DNA of 64,000 nt from Squalus acanthias (lineage: Eukaryota): contig CM059431.1 in the NCBI GenBank assembly GCA_030390025.1, forward strand, positions 136,836,001-136,900,000, in the 5' to 3' direction. The translations under genes and the position numbers were made by a program. Below, one piece after another: positions 23,211 to 37,000 of this stretch. How positions within the stretch are numbered: the first letter of the stretch is position 1; every line of letters begins with the position of its first letter. Under the pieces are notes generated by a model. That model was not told the DNA's origin and did not search any database. It worked only from the letters and a program-made list of their open reading frames with translations.

Positions 23211-23358
23211 TGGGTGGAAATCTGTCTGGAGCGGACTGTCCGCCAGTCATACACCCGGCCGAATTTCCCTTCCATTGACTCTAATGAAAAAGACAATTGG
23301 GCGGGTGTAAAATATCCTACCGGCAGTTTACACCCCATCGAAGTTGGAAAGTTCACCT
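23211..23358. mobile_element. Short palindromic MITE-like remnant
   Basis: TACACCCGGCCGAATT...AATTGGGCGGGTGTA inverted arms (23250-23308) around a CCATTGACTCTAATG centre, with outer GGTGGAAAT...AAAGTTCACC ends. Confidence 0.55.
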
Positions 23359-24739
23359 GAACTTGTGGCTTATTCGGCAGAATTAACTAAAGCGGAGGGA
23401 ATTTCAGTAGATATGGAGTTATTATCTGGTTCCATATTTTCCGAATACTAATTGATAAAGTGCCGACACTGGTGAAGTAGCTATCAATTTGTTTCAAGAT
23501 TCTGCTATCAGAGTCAGTTGGGCAATGGCAGCATTTGGATTGTGGGTCAGATTTCAGTTCCTGTAGATGAAACCGACTCTCAAAAACTCTTAGACGCAGC
23601 AACAGATTTAAATGTTTGCTGTAAATCTATTGCATAATGAGGTAGAAAGAAAGACTGGAATAGTTGGGGTGTAACTCACGCGAAATTCTCCATTGTGTAT
23701 CTACAAGTCATAACACGATGACAGCGTTGGATGTGTTTGCATAACAGTGAAGAGAGTTCTGTTGTTGTAGACTGTTAGTGGAGGATTACAGAACTCCATC
23801 CTGAGTCTGACGGCCGCCCGTTACATCGGAATCTGTCATTTGTTCCACTCAATGCTAGATGAATCTAACGGGATCTATACCTTGGCCAGAATTAAATACA
23901 ATTTGCTTAAGATTAACGGTACAAATCAATGCCCAGAGCTGATGTCCACAAGTCTAATCATCCGTAAAAAACAGGAAGCATCAATATTAGCAATGTATTT
24001 GTTATGCTTGAACTACAAAAATAAAACAAAACTGCTGAATAAGCAAACTGCAAGTAGTAAAAGATGCAGGAGGACCTGAATATAATTGGTGACACGTAAC
24101 AGAATCGGCTGAGCGTTGCACCCATTGGCTGTTAGTGTCAGAAGTGTGACGAACCAAATTCACCTCTGAAAGCCCCCCTTACGTCATCATACGCCCCTAC
24201 TCCAGACCATGGCGCTCTTCACGATGGGCCACAGGAAGTGAGGTCACAGTCTGATTGTCTTAGAACAGGAAATGCTGCCGCCGATCAGTGTCTGTGTAAG
24301 AATGCTTCGGCTTTCTCAGTGATCAGATGTCATTTTCCCCAGTCCCGGAATTCCGCCGGGGAAAGAAGCTAGGGGAGTTAAACCCAACACCAATCCGTCA
24401 GCCCCTGGATATCAGTTCCCTCCACAACTCTACAAGCAAAGTGCACGAGAAATGGTACAAATATCACTGGCCAAGGCAATTCGGACAGTAATTCTGTTCC
24501 TAGCAACAACCATGTACAGTAATGCCTAAAGTGCCATATAACACACGAGATTTAATTTAAATTAATGTATTTAATTTTATTGAATTGTATTTATTTTAAT
24601 TTAATTTTCTTTAATGTACTTTCGTTTAATTTAATTTAATGTTATTTTATTGTCAAACTCTCTTTAAGCTTCCATCGTGATTTCTGTCGCTATGGAATTT
24701 AGATGCTTCAATTTACATTGATAACAACAGTGGATATTC

Positions 24740-26005
24740 CTGTCACATGTTGGAACTCCAGGGCGCTTCACCTGTCCATGGTAATCACGAGTCCATGAAG
24801 TGCCTCCATCTGCTCGAATTTTAGGTCAGAGTTTCTGAGCTTGAGGAGCGGCTGGAGTCACTGTAGGGCTGAGAATTTGCTCGACCACATATTCCAGGAG
24901 GTGGTCACCCCGCAGCCACAATGAGTTCAGGAGGATAGTAAGTTGGTCGCCATCGGCAGGTTGCGAAGAGGCAGGAGGTGCTGGGATCCTACGGGAGCGT
25001 GGCACTCTCAATGATAGGGCCGATTATAGACCAAACAGGAGATTTTCTTGTGCAGGCAGGGGGTATGGCTGAGATACTGAATGAATATTTTGCATGTGTC
25101 TTCACTAAAGAAGAAGATGCGGTCAATTTCACAGTAGAGGAGGTGATAGTAGAGAAATTGGATAGGAAAAATATAAATAAAGAGGAGGTACTTAAAGGAT
25201 TGGAAGCACGAAAAGTAGAAAAGTCACCCGGTCCAAATGGGCTGTGTCCGCGATAGCTGAGGGTAGTGATGGTTGAAATTGCAGAGGCTCTGGGTTCAAA
25301 AAATCTTCCAATCCTCCTTAGATATGGGAGAGCAGCCAGAGTAGTGGTGGATTGCAAACATTACACCCCATTCAAAAAAGGGGAGAGGGATAAACCTGGC
25401 AACTTCAGGCCAGTCAAACTAACGTCGTGCAGAAATATTTAGAGACAATAATCCGACAGAAACTTAATTAGCACTTAGAAAATGTGTGTCAATCAATGAA
25501 AGCCAACGCGGATTTTTTGGCGGGGAATCATGTTTTACTAACTTGATCGAGTACTTTTATGAAGTAACTGAGAGGGTTGATGAGGATAGTGCAGTTGATG
25601 TTGTGTATATGGACTTTAAAAAGACGTTGGACAAAGTACTACATGTAAGACCTGTTAGCAAAATTCAAGCCAAAATTGAATTCATCATTGATAACAGAAA
25701 AAAGGAAGCTTAAGATAAATGTTATGTAAATAATTCAAGGGAGCACCAAACTGAATACAAATTAGGAATGGTTTTGATAAAGGAAAATCGACGAAATTGT
25801 TTACAGGGGCAGACTGCTCAGTAAACAGCGGACACAGGTTTAAGGTCATTGGCACCAGAACCAGCGGGGCCATGAGGTAAAAGAATTGAAAAAATAAGTA
25901 GCCGATGAATGAGACTAATTGGTTCTCTCTTTCAAAGAGCTGGCACAGGCACAACGGGACAAATGGCCTACTTCTGTACTGTATAATTCTAGGATTCAAT
26001 GTTTC
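24740..26005 (+). mobile_element. Fragmented old CR1-type LINE (ORF1 zinc-finger/zipper, ORF2 and 3' end pieces)
   Basis: CHMLELQG...VRVSELEERLESL (ORF1); MAEILNEYFACVFTKE, KSPGPNG, SQRGF and VDVVYMDFKK (ORF2); GGACAAATGGCCTACTTCTGTACTGTA 3' UTR-like end. Confidence 0.75.
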
Positions 26006-26561
26006 TATGATCTCCGTGCCATTGTTCTTAGTCAGTCACAGTATAGGGAGTACATTTAACAAATGCTGCACTAAGAAAGCGGAGGGACTGATTGTGGGAA
26101 GCGGATGTGGGATCCTGAAGTAACTTTGGGAGATGTGGTCTCACAGTGAAGAGCTCAGACTGCAGAGAAAGTCAAAACATTCACGTAACCCCTCCGCGAG
26201 GCCTTTATCACCAATTAGCAATAACAGTTAAGTAAGGGTCATTTCCTTTAAGATAAATTAGAATCAATCAGAAAAGTATAACAATAGTTTGATTATTGCT
26301 AGTGGTTCACCTGAAGTGCATCGCTCACTATATCCAATCATTATAATACATTAATAAAGGCATTACATTCATAAAAATTATTTAAAATTGGAATTGAAAC
26401 TAAACACTAGAAGTTTATCAGCAATTATCTGTGTGAAATGTCTTTTGTAGTTTCACCACAATCCTGCACCTCTTTCAGGAGCCGGTTTTTATATTTTGCT
26501 AAAATTGCTAAAATGTCTCCCATAATGCACCAGTACAGTTTGAGACTCTGTCACGGGTGGT

Positions 26562-26579
26562 CTACAACTCCCAGAATCC
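26562..26579 (+). promoter_or_regulatory. ZNF143/Staf-type (ACTACA-associated) motif match
   Basis: CTACAACTCCCAGAATCC resembles the ACTACAnnTCCCAGnATGC consensus. Single site with no functional support. Confidence 0.3.
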
Positions 26580-29500
26580 AGCAGGGTATCAGTGCACGTT
26601 TGACCGTTTAATACTCAATTCTGCAATGCAGCATAAACCTGCCCCTCCTCTTCAGTCCAATTCGTTAGTAAGGGGTTAAAGGAGTGAATGAAGGATTCAT
26701 CTTCATCCTCAGCATATATCTTTCAGGATAATAAAATTCAGCTTTCCATCAATGGGATCTCCACGACGTGGGAAAATACTTGGATTCACAACACAGGAGA
26801 TTCCGTGTATTTGATGCTGTGCAGGGGCCCCTTCTACATAACACAATCGAATTCCTCTGTTTGTATTTCAATAGAGTGCTTATAACTGGGTCTCCAGATT
26901 TTCATTTGTTAAAGTAGGGACAGGCACCGCAGATTATCCCATTAACAACTGTGAGAATGATTAGTATAAATCGGCAACTTAACAACATAACGTTAAATAA
27001 TAGAGTTCCTGTTATTGCCTACTAAATTGCAGTAAATGTAGTGACAGGAGTTTTCCACTTGCAAGTGTACTTTTGGATAATCCTCCCTTCTTTCAAGATA
27101 ATTTTCTTGCTTTCTTCGTTGTATATCATGATTATTTAACTCCTCAGATCGAAATTCATCAATTTACCTTTGCCTGTGTTATGCAGCACATGGATGTTGC
27201 AGTTTGTTTGCAGACGGTTAAATTTGGCACGTGATAAACTTTCGATAATCTAGTTGTCAACTCCAGAGACAGATAAATAGGTCTGTACTGCATGACCGTT
27301 CTGGTAATTTAGTAAATAACATACAGAATACAGTTACCCAGTGAGGTGAAATGTTCCGGCTTGCGCCCCTTCTTAATCCTAATTTCACATTTTTAATTTA
27401 TAGATCTTTATGATTGAATTCCTTGCTACAGTGAAGAATTTGAGGAATTTGTGCATTCTCCTCGTTACATTAAAACTGACATTAGATCAGGCGGAGGTGT
27501 CTTCATTTCTAAAGATAGAAAGCAAGATTTTCTATAATTTCTTCAAAACTGGATTTGTGAATCCCTGGAATCTCTGGTACAGAGCTGTGTGACCTATAAA
27601 GTGCAGAAATATACTTTCCATGATTAGCTTATCAGAACTGCTCACACAGCACAAATGAGGTAAACTCAACACTTCTTGTGTCAACAACAATAGATTTGAT
27701 CGCAACTCTATTCCTCTGAAATTCGAGGGGCCATTCCAGAACAAAGGGAAAATTGGGTACTGGCAGAGTGCGGCAACACGTGGGAATGGGAACTGGCAGC
27801 GTGCGGGAACCCGTGGGACTGGGATCTGGCAGAGTGCGGGAACCCGTGGGACTGGGATCTGGCAGAGTGCGGGAACCCGTGGGACTGGGATCTGGCAGAG
27901 TGTGGGAACCCGTGGGACTGGGATCTGGCAGAGTGCGGCAACACGTGGGACTGGAAACTGGCAGAGTGCGCGAACCCGTGGGACTGGAAACTGGCAGAGT
28001 GCGGCAATCCGTGGGACTGGAAACTGGCAGAGTGCGGGAACCCGTGGGACTGGGAACAGGAAGAGTGTGGGAACCTGTGGGATTGAGATCTGGCAGAGTG
28101 CGGGAACCCGTGGGAATGGGATCCGGCAGAGTGCGGGAACCCGTGGGACTGGGATCTGGCAGAGTGCGGGAACCCGTTGGACTGGGATCTGACAGAGTGC
28201 GGGAACCCGTGAGACTGGGATCTGGCAGAGAGTGGGAACCCGTGGGACTGGGATCTGACAGAGGGCGGGAACTCGTGGGACTGGGATCTGGCACAGTGTG
28301 GGAACCCGTGAGACTGGGATCTGGCAGAGTGCGGGAATCTTTTGGACTGGGAAGTGGCAGAGTTTGGGAACCCTTGGTACTGGGATCTGGCAGAGTGCCG
28401 GAACCCGTGGGACTGGGAACTGGCAGAGTGTGGAAACACGTGAGACTGGGATCTGGCAGAGTGTGGGAACCCGTGGGACTGGGATCAGACAGATTGTGGG
28501 AACCCGTGAGACTGGGAACTGGCAGAGTGAGGGAACCCGTGGGACTGGGATCTAGCAGAGTGCGGGAACCCGTGAGACTGGGATCTGACAGAGAGCGGGA
28601 ATCTTTTGGACTGGGAATTGCCAGAGTTTGATAACCCGTGGTACTGGGATCTGGCAGAGTGCGGGAACCCGTGAGACTGGGATCTGACAGATTGTGGGAA
28701 CCCTTGAGACTGGAATCTGTCAGAATGCATGTACCAGTGGGACTGGGATCTGGCAGAGTGTGGGAACCCGTGGGACTCTGATCTGGCAGAATGCAGGAAT
28801 CCGTTGGACTGGGAAGTGCCAGAGTTTGGGAACCCGTGGGACTGGGAACTGACAGAGTGGGGGAACCCGTGGGACTGGGAACTGGCAGCGTGCATGAACC
28901 CGTGGGACTGGGATCTGGCAGCGTGCTGGAACCCGTGGGACTGGAAACTGGCAGAGTGCGGGAACCCGTGAGACTGAGAACTGGCAGAGTGCTGGAACCC
29001 GTGAGACTGAGAACTGGCAGAGTGCGGGAACCTGTAAGATTGGATTCTGGCAGAGTGCGGGAACCCCTGGGACTGGGATCTGGTAGAGTGTGGTAACCCG
29101 TGAGACTGGGATCTGACAGAGTGTGGGAGCCCGTGGGACTGAGAACTGGCAGAGTGTGGGAACCCGTGGGATTCTGATCTGGCAGAGTGCGGGAACCCCT
29201 GGGACTGGGAACTGGCAGAATGCGTGTACCAGTGGGGCTGGAAACTGACAGAGTGCGGGAACCCGTGAGACTGAGAACTGGCAGAGTGCTGGAAAACGTG
29301 AGACTGGGATCTGACAGAGTGTGGGAACCCGTGGGACTGGGAACTGGCAGAGTGCTGGAACCCGTGAGACTGGGATCTGACAGAGTGTGGGAACCCGTGG
29401 GACTGGGAACTGGCAGAGTGCGGGAACCCGTGGGACTGGGAACTGGCAGAGTGCTGGACCCGTGAGACTGGGAACTGGCAGAGTGCGGGAACCAATGGGA

Positions 29501-32500
29501 CTGGGATAGGGCAGAGTGCGGGAACCCGTGGGACTGGGAACTGGCAGAGTGTGGGAACCCGTGGGACTGGGAACTGGCAGAGTGTGGGAACCCGTGGGAA
29601 TGGGATCTGGCAGAGTGCGGGAACCCGTGAGACTGGGATCCGACAGAGTGCGGGAACCCGTGGGACTGGGAACTGGCAGAGTGTGGGAACCCGTGGGATT
29701 CAGATCTGGCAGATTGTGGGAACCCGTGGGACTGGGAACTGGCAGAGTGTGGGAACACGTCTGACAGGGATCTGGCAGAGTGTGGTAACCCGTGGAATGG
29801 GAACTGGCAGAGTGTGGAAACCCGTGAGAATGGGATCTGGCAGCGTGCGGGAACCCGTGGGATTTGGATCTGGCAGAGTGCGGGAACCCGGGGTTTGGGA
29901 TCTGGCAGAGTGTGGGGACCCGTGGGACTGTTAACTGGCAGAGTGCAGGAATCCATTAGACTGGGAAGTGCCAGAGTTTGGGTTCCCGTGGGACTGGGAT
30001 CTGGCAGAGTGGGGGAACCCGTGGGACTGGGATCTGGCAGAGTGTGGTAACCCGTGGGACTGGAATCTGACAGATTGTGGGAAACCTTGAGACTGGAATC
30101 TGTCAGAATGCATGTACCAGTGGGACTGGTAACTGGCAGAGTGTGGGAACGCGTGGGACTCTGATCTGGCAGAGTGTGCGAACCCGTGGGACTGGGAACT
30201 GGCAGAGTGTGGGTACCCGTGGGACTGGAATCTGGCAGAGTGTGGGAACCCTTGGGACTCTGATCTGGCAGAGTGTGGAAACCCGTGAGACTGGGTTCTG
30301 GCAGAGTGCGGGAACCCGTGGGACTGGGAACTGGCAGAGTGCGGGAACCCGTGGGACTGGGATCTGGCAGAGTGAGTGAACCCGTGGGACTGTGAACTGG
30401 CAGAGTGCAGGAATCCGTTGGACTGGGAAGTGCCAGAGTTGGGGAACCCACGGGACAGGGAACTGGCAGAGTGGGGGAACCCGTAGGACTGGGAACTGGT
30501 AGAGTGCAGGAATCCGTGGGACTGGGATCTGGCAGAGTGTGGTAACCCGTGGGACTGGAATCTGACAGATTGTGGGAAACCTTGAGACTGGAATCTGTCA
30601 GAATGCGTGTACCAGTGGGACTGGTAACTGGCAGAGTGTGGGAACCCGTGGGACTCTGATCTGGCAGAGTGTGCGAACCCGTGGGACTGGGAACTGGCAG
30701 AGTGTGGGTACCCGTGGGACTGGAATCTGGCAGAGTGTGGGAACCCTTGGGACTGTGATCTGGCAGAGTGTGGAAACCCGTAAGACTGGGATCTGGCAGA
30801 GTGCGGGAACCCGTGGGACTGGGAACTGGCAGATTGCGGGAACCCGTGGGACTGGGATCTGGCAGAGTGAGGGAACCCGTGGGACTGTGAACTGGCAGAG
30901 TGCAGGAATCCGTTGGACTGGGAAGTGCCAGAGTTTGGGAACCCACGGGACAGGGAACTGGCAGAGTGGGTGAACCCGTAGGACTGGGAACTGGTAGAGT
31001 GCAGGAATCCGTGGGACTGGGAAATGGCAGAGTGTGGGAATCCGTGGGACTGGAAACTGGCAGAGTGCTGGAACCCGTGGGACTGGGAACTGGCAGAGAG
31101 TGGGAACCCGTGGGACTGGGATCTGGCAGAGTGCGGAAACCCTTGAGACAGGGATCTGGCAGAGTGTGGGAACCCGTGGGACTGTGAACTGGCAGAGTGC
31201 AGGAAACCGTTGGACTGGGAAGAGCCAGAGTTTGGGAACCCGCGGGAATGGGTACGGGCAGAGTGGGGGAACCCGTGGGACTGCGAACTGGCAGAGTGCA
31301 GGAACCCGTGGGAATGGGATCCGGCAGAGAGTGGGAACCCGTGGGACTGGAAACTGGCAGAGTGCTGGAACCCGTGGGACTGGGATCTGGCAGAATGCGG
31401 GAAACCGTGGGACTGGGAACTGGCAGAGTGTGGGAACCCGTGGGACTGGGATCTGGCAGAAAGTGGGAATCCGTGGGACTGGGAACTGGCAGAGTGTTGG
31501 GAATCCGTGGGACTGGAAACTGGCAGAGTGCTGGAAACCGTGGGACTGGGAAGAGCCAGAGTTTGGGAACCCGCGGGACTGGGTACGGGCAGAGTGGGGG
31601 AACCCGTGGGCCTGCGAACTGGCAGAGTGCAAGAACCCGTGGGAATGGGATCCGGCAGAGAGTGGGAATGCGTGGGACTGGAAACTGGCAGAGTGCTGGA
31701 ACCCGTGGGACTGGGATCTGGCAGAATGCGGGAAACCGTGGGACTGGGAACTGGCAGAGTGTGGGAACCCGTGGGACTGGGATCTGGCAGAAAGTGGGAA
31801 TCCGTGGGACTGGGAACTGGCAGAGTGTTGGGAATCCGTGGGACTGGAAACTGGCAGAGTGCTGGAAACCGTGGGACTGGGCTCTGGCAGAGAGTGGGAA
31901 CCTGTGAGACTGGGATCAGGCAGAGTGCGGGAACCCGTGGGACTGGGAACTGGCAGAGTGTGGAAACCCGTGGGACTGGGATCTGGCAGATTGCGGGAAC
32001 CCGTGGGACTGGGATCAGACTGATTGTGGGAACCCGTGAGACTGGGAACTGGCAGAGTGCAGCTACCCGTGAGTCTGGGATCTGACAGAGTTCGGGAACC
32101 CGTGGGACTGGGAACTGGCAGAGTGCGGGAACCCGTGGGACTGGGATCTGTCAGAATGCATGTACCTGTTGGACTGGGAACTGGCAGAGTGTGGGAACCC
32201 GTGGGACTGGGAACTGGCAGAGTGTGGGAACCCGTGGGACTGGGAGCTGGCAGAGTGTGGGAATCCTTTGGACTGGGAAATGGCAGAGTGTGGAAAACCG
32301 TGGGACTGGGATCTGGCAGAGTGTGGAAACCCGTGGGACTGGGAACTGGTTGAGTGTGGGAAACCGTGGGACAGGGATCTGCCAGAGTGTGGAAAACCGT
32401 AGGACTGGGATCGGGCAGAGTGCGGAATCTCGTGAGGCTGGAATCTGGCGGAGTGTGAGAACCCGTCAGACTGGGATCTGGCAGAGTGCGGTAAAGCGTA

Positions 32501-33614
32501 GGACTGGGATCTGGCAGAGTGTGGGAACCCGTGGGACTGGAAACTGGCAGAGTGCGGGAACCCGTGAGACTGGGATCTGGCAGAGTGCGGGAACCCTTGG
32601 GACAGGGATCTGGCAGAGTGCGGGAAACCGAGAGACTGGAATCTGGCAGAGTGCGGCAACCTGTGAGAATGGGAATTGTCAGTGTGTGGGAACCCGTGGG
32701 ACTGGGATCTGGCAGACTGTGGAAAAACTGTGGGACTGGGATCTGGCAGAGTGTGGGAACCCTTGAGACTGGGATCTGGCAGAGTGTGGAAACCCGTGGG
32801 ATTGGGAATTAGCAGAGTGCGGAAACCCGTGGGACTGGGAACTGGCAGAGTGCAGGAATCCGTTGGACTGGGAAGTGCCATAGTTTGGGAATCCGTGGGA
32901 CAGGGAAGTGCCAGAGATTGGGAACACGTGGGACTGGGAACTGAAAGAGTGGGGGAACCGGTGGGACTGGGAACGGGCAGAGTACAGGTACACGCGCGAC
33001 TGGAAAATGGCAGAGTGTGGGATCCCGTGGGACTGGGAACTGGCAGAGTGCTGGAACCCGTGGGACTGGGATCTGGCAGAGTGTGGGAACACGTGGGACT
33101 GGGATCTGGCAGTGTGTGGTAACCCGTGGGACTGGGAGCTGGCAGAGTGGGGGAACCCGTGAGACTAGGATCTGACAGATTGTGGGAACACGTGGGACTG
33201 GAAACTGGCAGAGTGTCGGGAACCCGTGAGACTGGGAACTGGCAGAGTGTGGGAACCCGTGGGACTGGGATCTGGCAGAGTGTGGGATACCGTGGGACTG
33301 GGATCTGGCAGTGTGTGGTAACCCGTGGGACTGGGAATTTGGCAGAGTGCGGAAACCCGTGAGACTCTGATCTGGCAGAGTGTGGGAACCCGTGGGACTG
33401 GGATCTGGCAGAGTTTGGGTACCCGTGGGACTGGGAACTGGCAGAGTGGGGGAATCCGTGGGACTGGGAACTGGCAGAGTGCTGGATCCCGTGAGACTGG
33501 GATCTGACAGAGTGCGGGAACCCGTGGGACTGGAAAGTGGCAGAGTGCGGGAACCCGTGGGACTGGAATCTGTCAGAGAGTGGGAACCCGTGAGACTGAG
33601 ATCTGGCAGAGAGT

Positions 33615-34056
33615 GGGCAACACGGTGGCATAGTGGTTAGCACTGGTGCCTCACAGCGCCAGAGACCCGGGTTCGAATCTGACCTCGGGTGACTGTCTGT
33701 GTGGAGTTTGCACATTCTCCCCGTGTCTGCGTGGGTTTCCTCCGGGTGCTCCGGTTTCCTCCCACAGTCCAAAAATGTGTGGGTTAGGTTGATTTGGCTA
33801 TGATAAATTGACCCTTAGTGTTAGGGGGGATTAAATATGTGGGGTTATGGGGATAGGATGGGATATGTTAGGGGGAATTAAATACGTGGGGTTATGGGGG
33901 TAGGGTGGGATATGTGTACTGTGGGGATTAAAGCAGGGACAGGGTACTGGATTTGGATGATCAGCCATGATCGTATTGAATGGCGGAGCAGGCTCGACGG
34001 GCCGAATGGCCTACTCCTGCTCCTAGATTCTATGTTTCTATGTTTCTATGTTTCTA
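33615..34056 (+). mobile_element. tRNA-derived V-SINE (HE1-type) with CR1-derived tail
   Basis: Box A TGGCATAGTGG and box B GGTTCGAATC; V-domain TGTGTGGAGTTTGCACATTCTCCCCGTGTCTGCGTGGGTTTCCTCCGGGTGCTCCGG; tail matching the CR1 3' UTR at ~16995-17090; (TTCTATGT)n end. Confidence 0.95.
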
Positions 34057-37000
34057 ACCCGTGAGACTGGGATCTGGCAGAGTGCGGGAACCCGTGGGAC
34101 TGGAAACTGGCAGAGAGTGGGAACCCGTGAGGCTGGGATCTGGCAGAGTGCGGGAACCCGTGGGACTGGGATCAGACAGATTGTGGGAACCCATGAGACA
34201 GGGATTTGACAGAGTGCGGGAAGCCGTGGGACTGGGATCTGATAGAGTGTGGGTACACGTGGGACTGGGAACTGGCAGGGTGCGGGAATCCGTGGACCAG
34301 GATCTGACAGAGTGTGGGTACACGTGGGACTGGGATCTGGCAGAGTGCGGGAACCCGTGGGACTGGAATCTGACAGAGTGTGGGAAACCTTGAGACTGGA
34401 ATCTGTCAGAATGCGTGTACCAGTGGGACTGGGAACTGGCAGAGTGTGGGAACCCGTGGGACTCTGATCTGGCAGCGTTTGGGAAACCATGGGATTCTGA
34501 TCTGGCAGAGTGTGGGAACCCGTGTGACTGGGAACTGGCAGAGTGTGGGAACCCGTGGGACTGGGATCTGGCAGAGTGTGGTAACCCGTTGGACTGGGAA
34601 CTGGCTGACTGCGGAAACCCGTGAGACTGGAATCTGGCAGAGTGTGGGAACCCGTGGGATTGGGATTTGGTAGAGTGCGGGGTCCCGTGGGACTGTGAAC
34701 TGGCAGAGTGCAGGAATCCGTTGGACTGGGAAGTGCCAGAGTTTGGTAACCCGTGGGACAGGGAACTGGCAGAGTTGGGGAATCCGTGGGACTGGGTACT
34801 GGCAGAGTGCGGAAACCCGTGAGACTGGGATCTGGCAGACTGCGGGTACACGTGGGACTGGAAAATGGCAGAGTGTGGGAACCCGTGGGACTGGGTACTG
34901 GCAGAGTGCGGTAACCCTTTGGACTGGACACTGGCAGAGTGCTGGAACCCGTGGGACTGGGATCAGTCAGATTGTGGGAACCCGTGAGACTGGGAACTGG
35001 CAGAGTGCAAGTACCCGTGACTCTGGGATCTGACAGAGTTCGGGATCCCGTGGGACTGGGAACTGGCAGAGTGTGGGAACCCGTGGGACTGGGATCTGTC
35101 AGAATGCGTGTACCTGTTGGACTGGGAACTGGCAGAGTGTGGGAACCCGTGGGACTGGGAACTGGCAGAGTGTGGGAACCCGTGGACAGGGATCTGGCAG
35201 ATTGTGGGAACCCTCAGGACTGGGAACTGGTAGAGTGTGGGAACCCGTGGGACTGGGAGTTGACAGAGTGTTGGAATCCGTTGGACTGGGATCTGACTGA
35301 GCGTGGGTACACGTGTGACTGGGAACTGGCAGAGTTTGGTAACCCGTGGGTCTGGGAACTGGCAGAGTGTGGAAACCCGTGGGACTGGGAAATGGCACAG
35401 TGTGGAAACCCGTAGGACTGGGATCTGGCAGAGTGTGGAAACCCGTGGGACTGGGAACTGGTTGAGTCTGGGAAACCGTGGGACAGGTATCTGCCAGAGT
35501 GTGGAAAACCGTAGGACTGGGATCGGGCAGAGTGCGGAAACTCTTGAGACTGGAATCTGGCGGAGTGTGGGAACCCGTGAGAAAGGGATCTGGCAGAGTG
35601 CGGGAACGCGTAGGACTGGGATCTGGCAGAGTGTGGGAACCCGTGGGACTGGAAACTGGCAGAGTGCGGTAACCCGTGAGACTGGGATCTGGCAGAGTGC
35701 GGGAACCCATGGGACTGGGATCTGGCAGAGTGCGGGAAACCGAGAGACTGGAATCTGGCAGAGTGCGGCAACCTGTGAGACTGGGAATTGTCAGTGTGTG
35801 GGAACCCGTGGGACTGGGATCTGGCAGATTGTGGGAAACTGTGGGACTGGGATCTGGCAGAGTGTGGAAACCCGTGGCATTGGGAATTAGCAGAGTGCGG
35901 AAACCCGTGGGACTGGGAACTGGCAGAGTGCAGGAATCCGTTGGACTGGGAAGTGCCAGAGTTTGGGAACCCGTGGGACAGGGAAGTGCCAGAGTTTGGG
36001 AACCCGTGGGACTGGGAACTGGCAGAGTGGGGGAAACCGTGGGACTGGGAACTGGCAGAGTGCAGGTACACGCGGGACTGGAAAATGGCAGAGTGTGGGA
36101 ACCCGTGGGACTGGGATCTGGCACTGTGTGGTAACCCGTGGGACTGGGAACTGGCAGAGTGGGGGAACCCGTGAGACTGGGATCTGACAGATTGTGGGAA
36201 CACGTGGGACTGGAAACTGGCAGAGTGCCGGGAACCCGTGAGACTGGGAACTGACAGAGTGTGGGAAGCCGTGGGACTGGTATCTGGCAGAGTGTGGGAT
36301 CCCGTGGGACTGGGATCTGGCAGTGTGTGGTAACCCGTGGGACTGGGAACTGGCAGAGTGCGGAAACCCGTGAGACTCTGATCTGGCAGAGTGTGGGACC
36401 CCGTGGGACTGGGATCTGGCAGAGTTTGGGTACCCGTGGGACTGGGAACTGGCAGAGTGTGGGAACCCGTGGGACTGGGAACTGGCAGAGTGAGGGAATC
36501 CGTGGGACTGGGAACTGGCAGAGTGCTGGAACCCGTGAGACTGGGATCTGGCAGAGTGTGGGAACCCGTGGGACTGGAAACTGGCAGAGTGCGGGAACCC
36601 GTGAGACTGGGATCTGGCAGAGTGCGGGAAACCGAGAGACTGGGATCTGGCAGAGTGCGGCAACCTGTGAGACTGGGAATTGTCAGTGTGTGGGAACCCG
36701 TGGGACTGGGATCTGGCAGATTGTGGGAAACTGTGGGACTGGGATCTGGCAGAGTGTGGAAACCCTTGAGACTGGGATCTGGCAGAGTGTGGAAACCCGT
36801 GGGATTGGGAATTAACAGAGTGTGGAAATCCGTGGGACTGGGAACTGGCAGAGTGCAGGAATCCATTGGACTGGGAAGTGCCAGAGTTTGGGAACCCGTG
36901 GGACAGGGAAGTGCCAGAGTTTGGGAACCCGTGGGACTGGGAACTGGCAGAGTGGGGGAACCCGTGGGACTGGGAACTGGCAGAGTGCTGGTACACGCGG

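Noticed and set aside
21271..27744. Short 60-120 aa ORFs between the GPCR and the satellite
   Set aside because: No recognisable motifs or coherent exon structure, apart from the CR1 fragments already listed.
33615..33690. Standalone tRNA gene
   Set aside because: The A/B boxes form the head of a SINE, followed directly by the V-domain and a LINE-derived tail. The same applies to 51735-51808.
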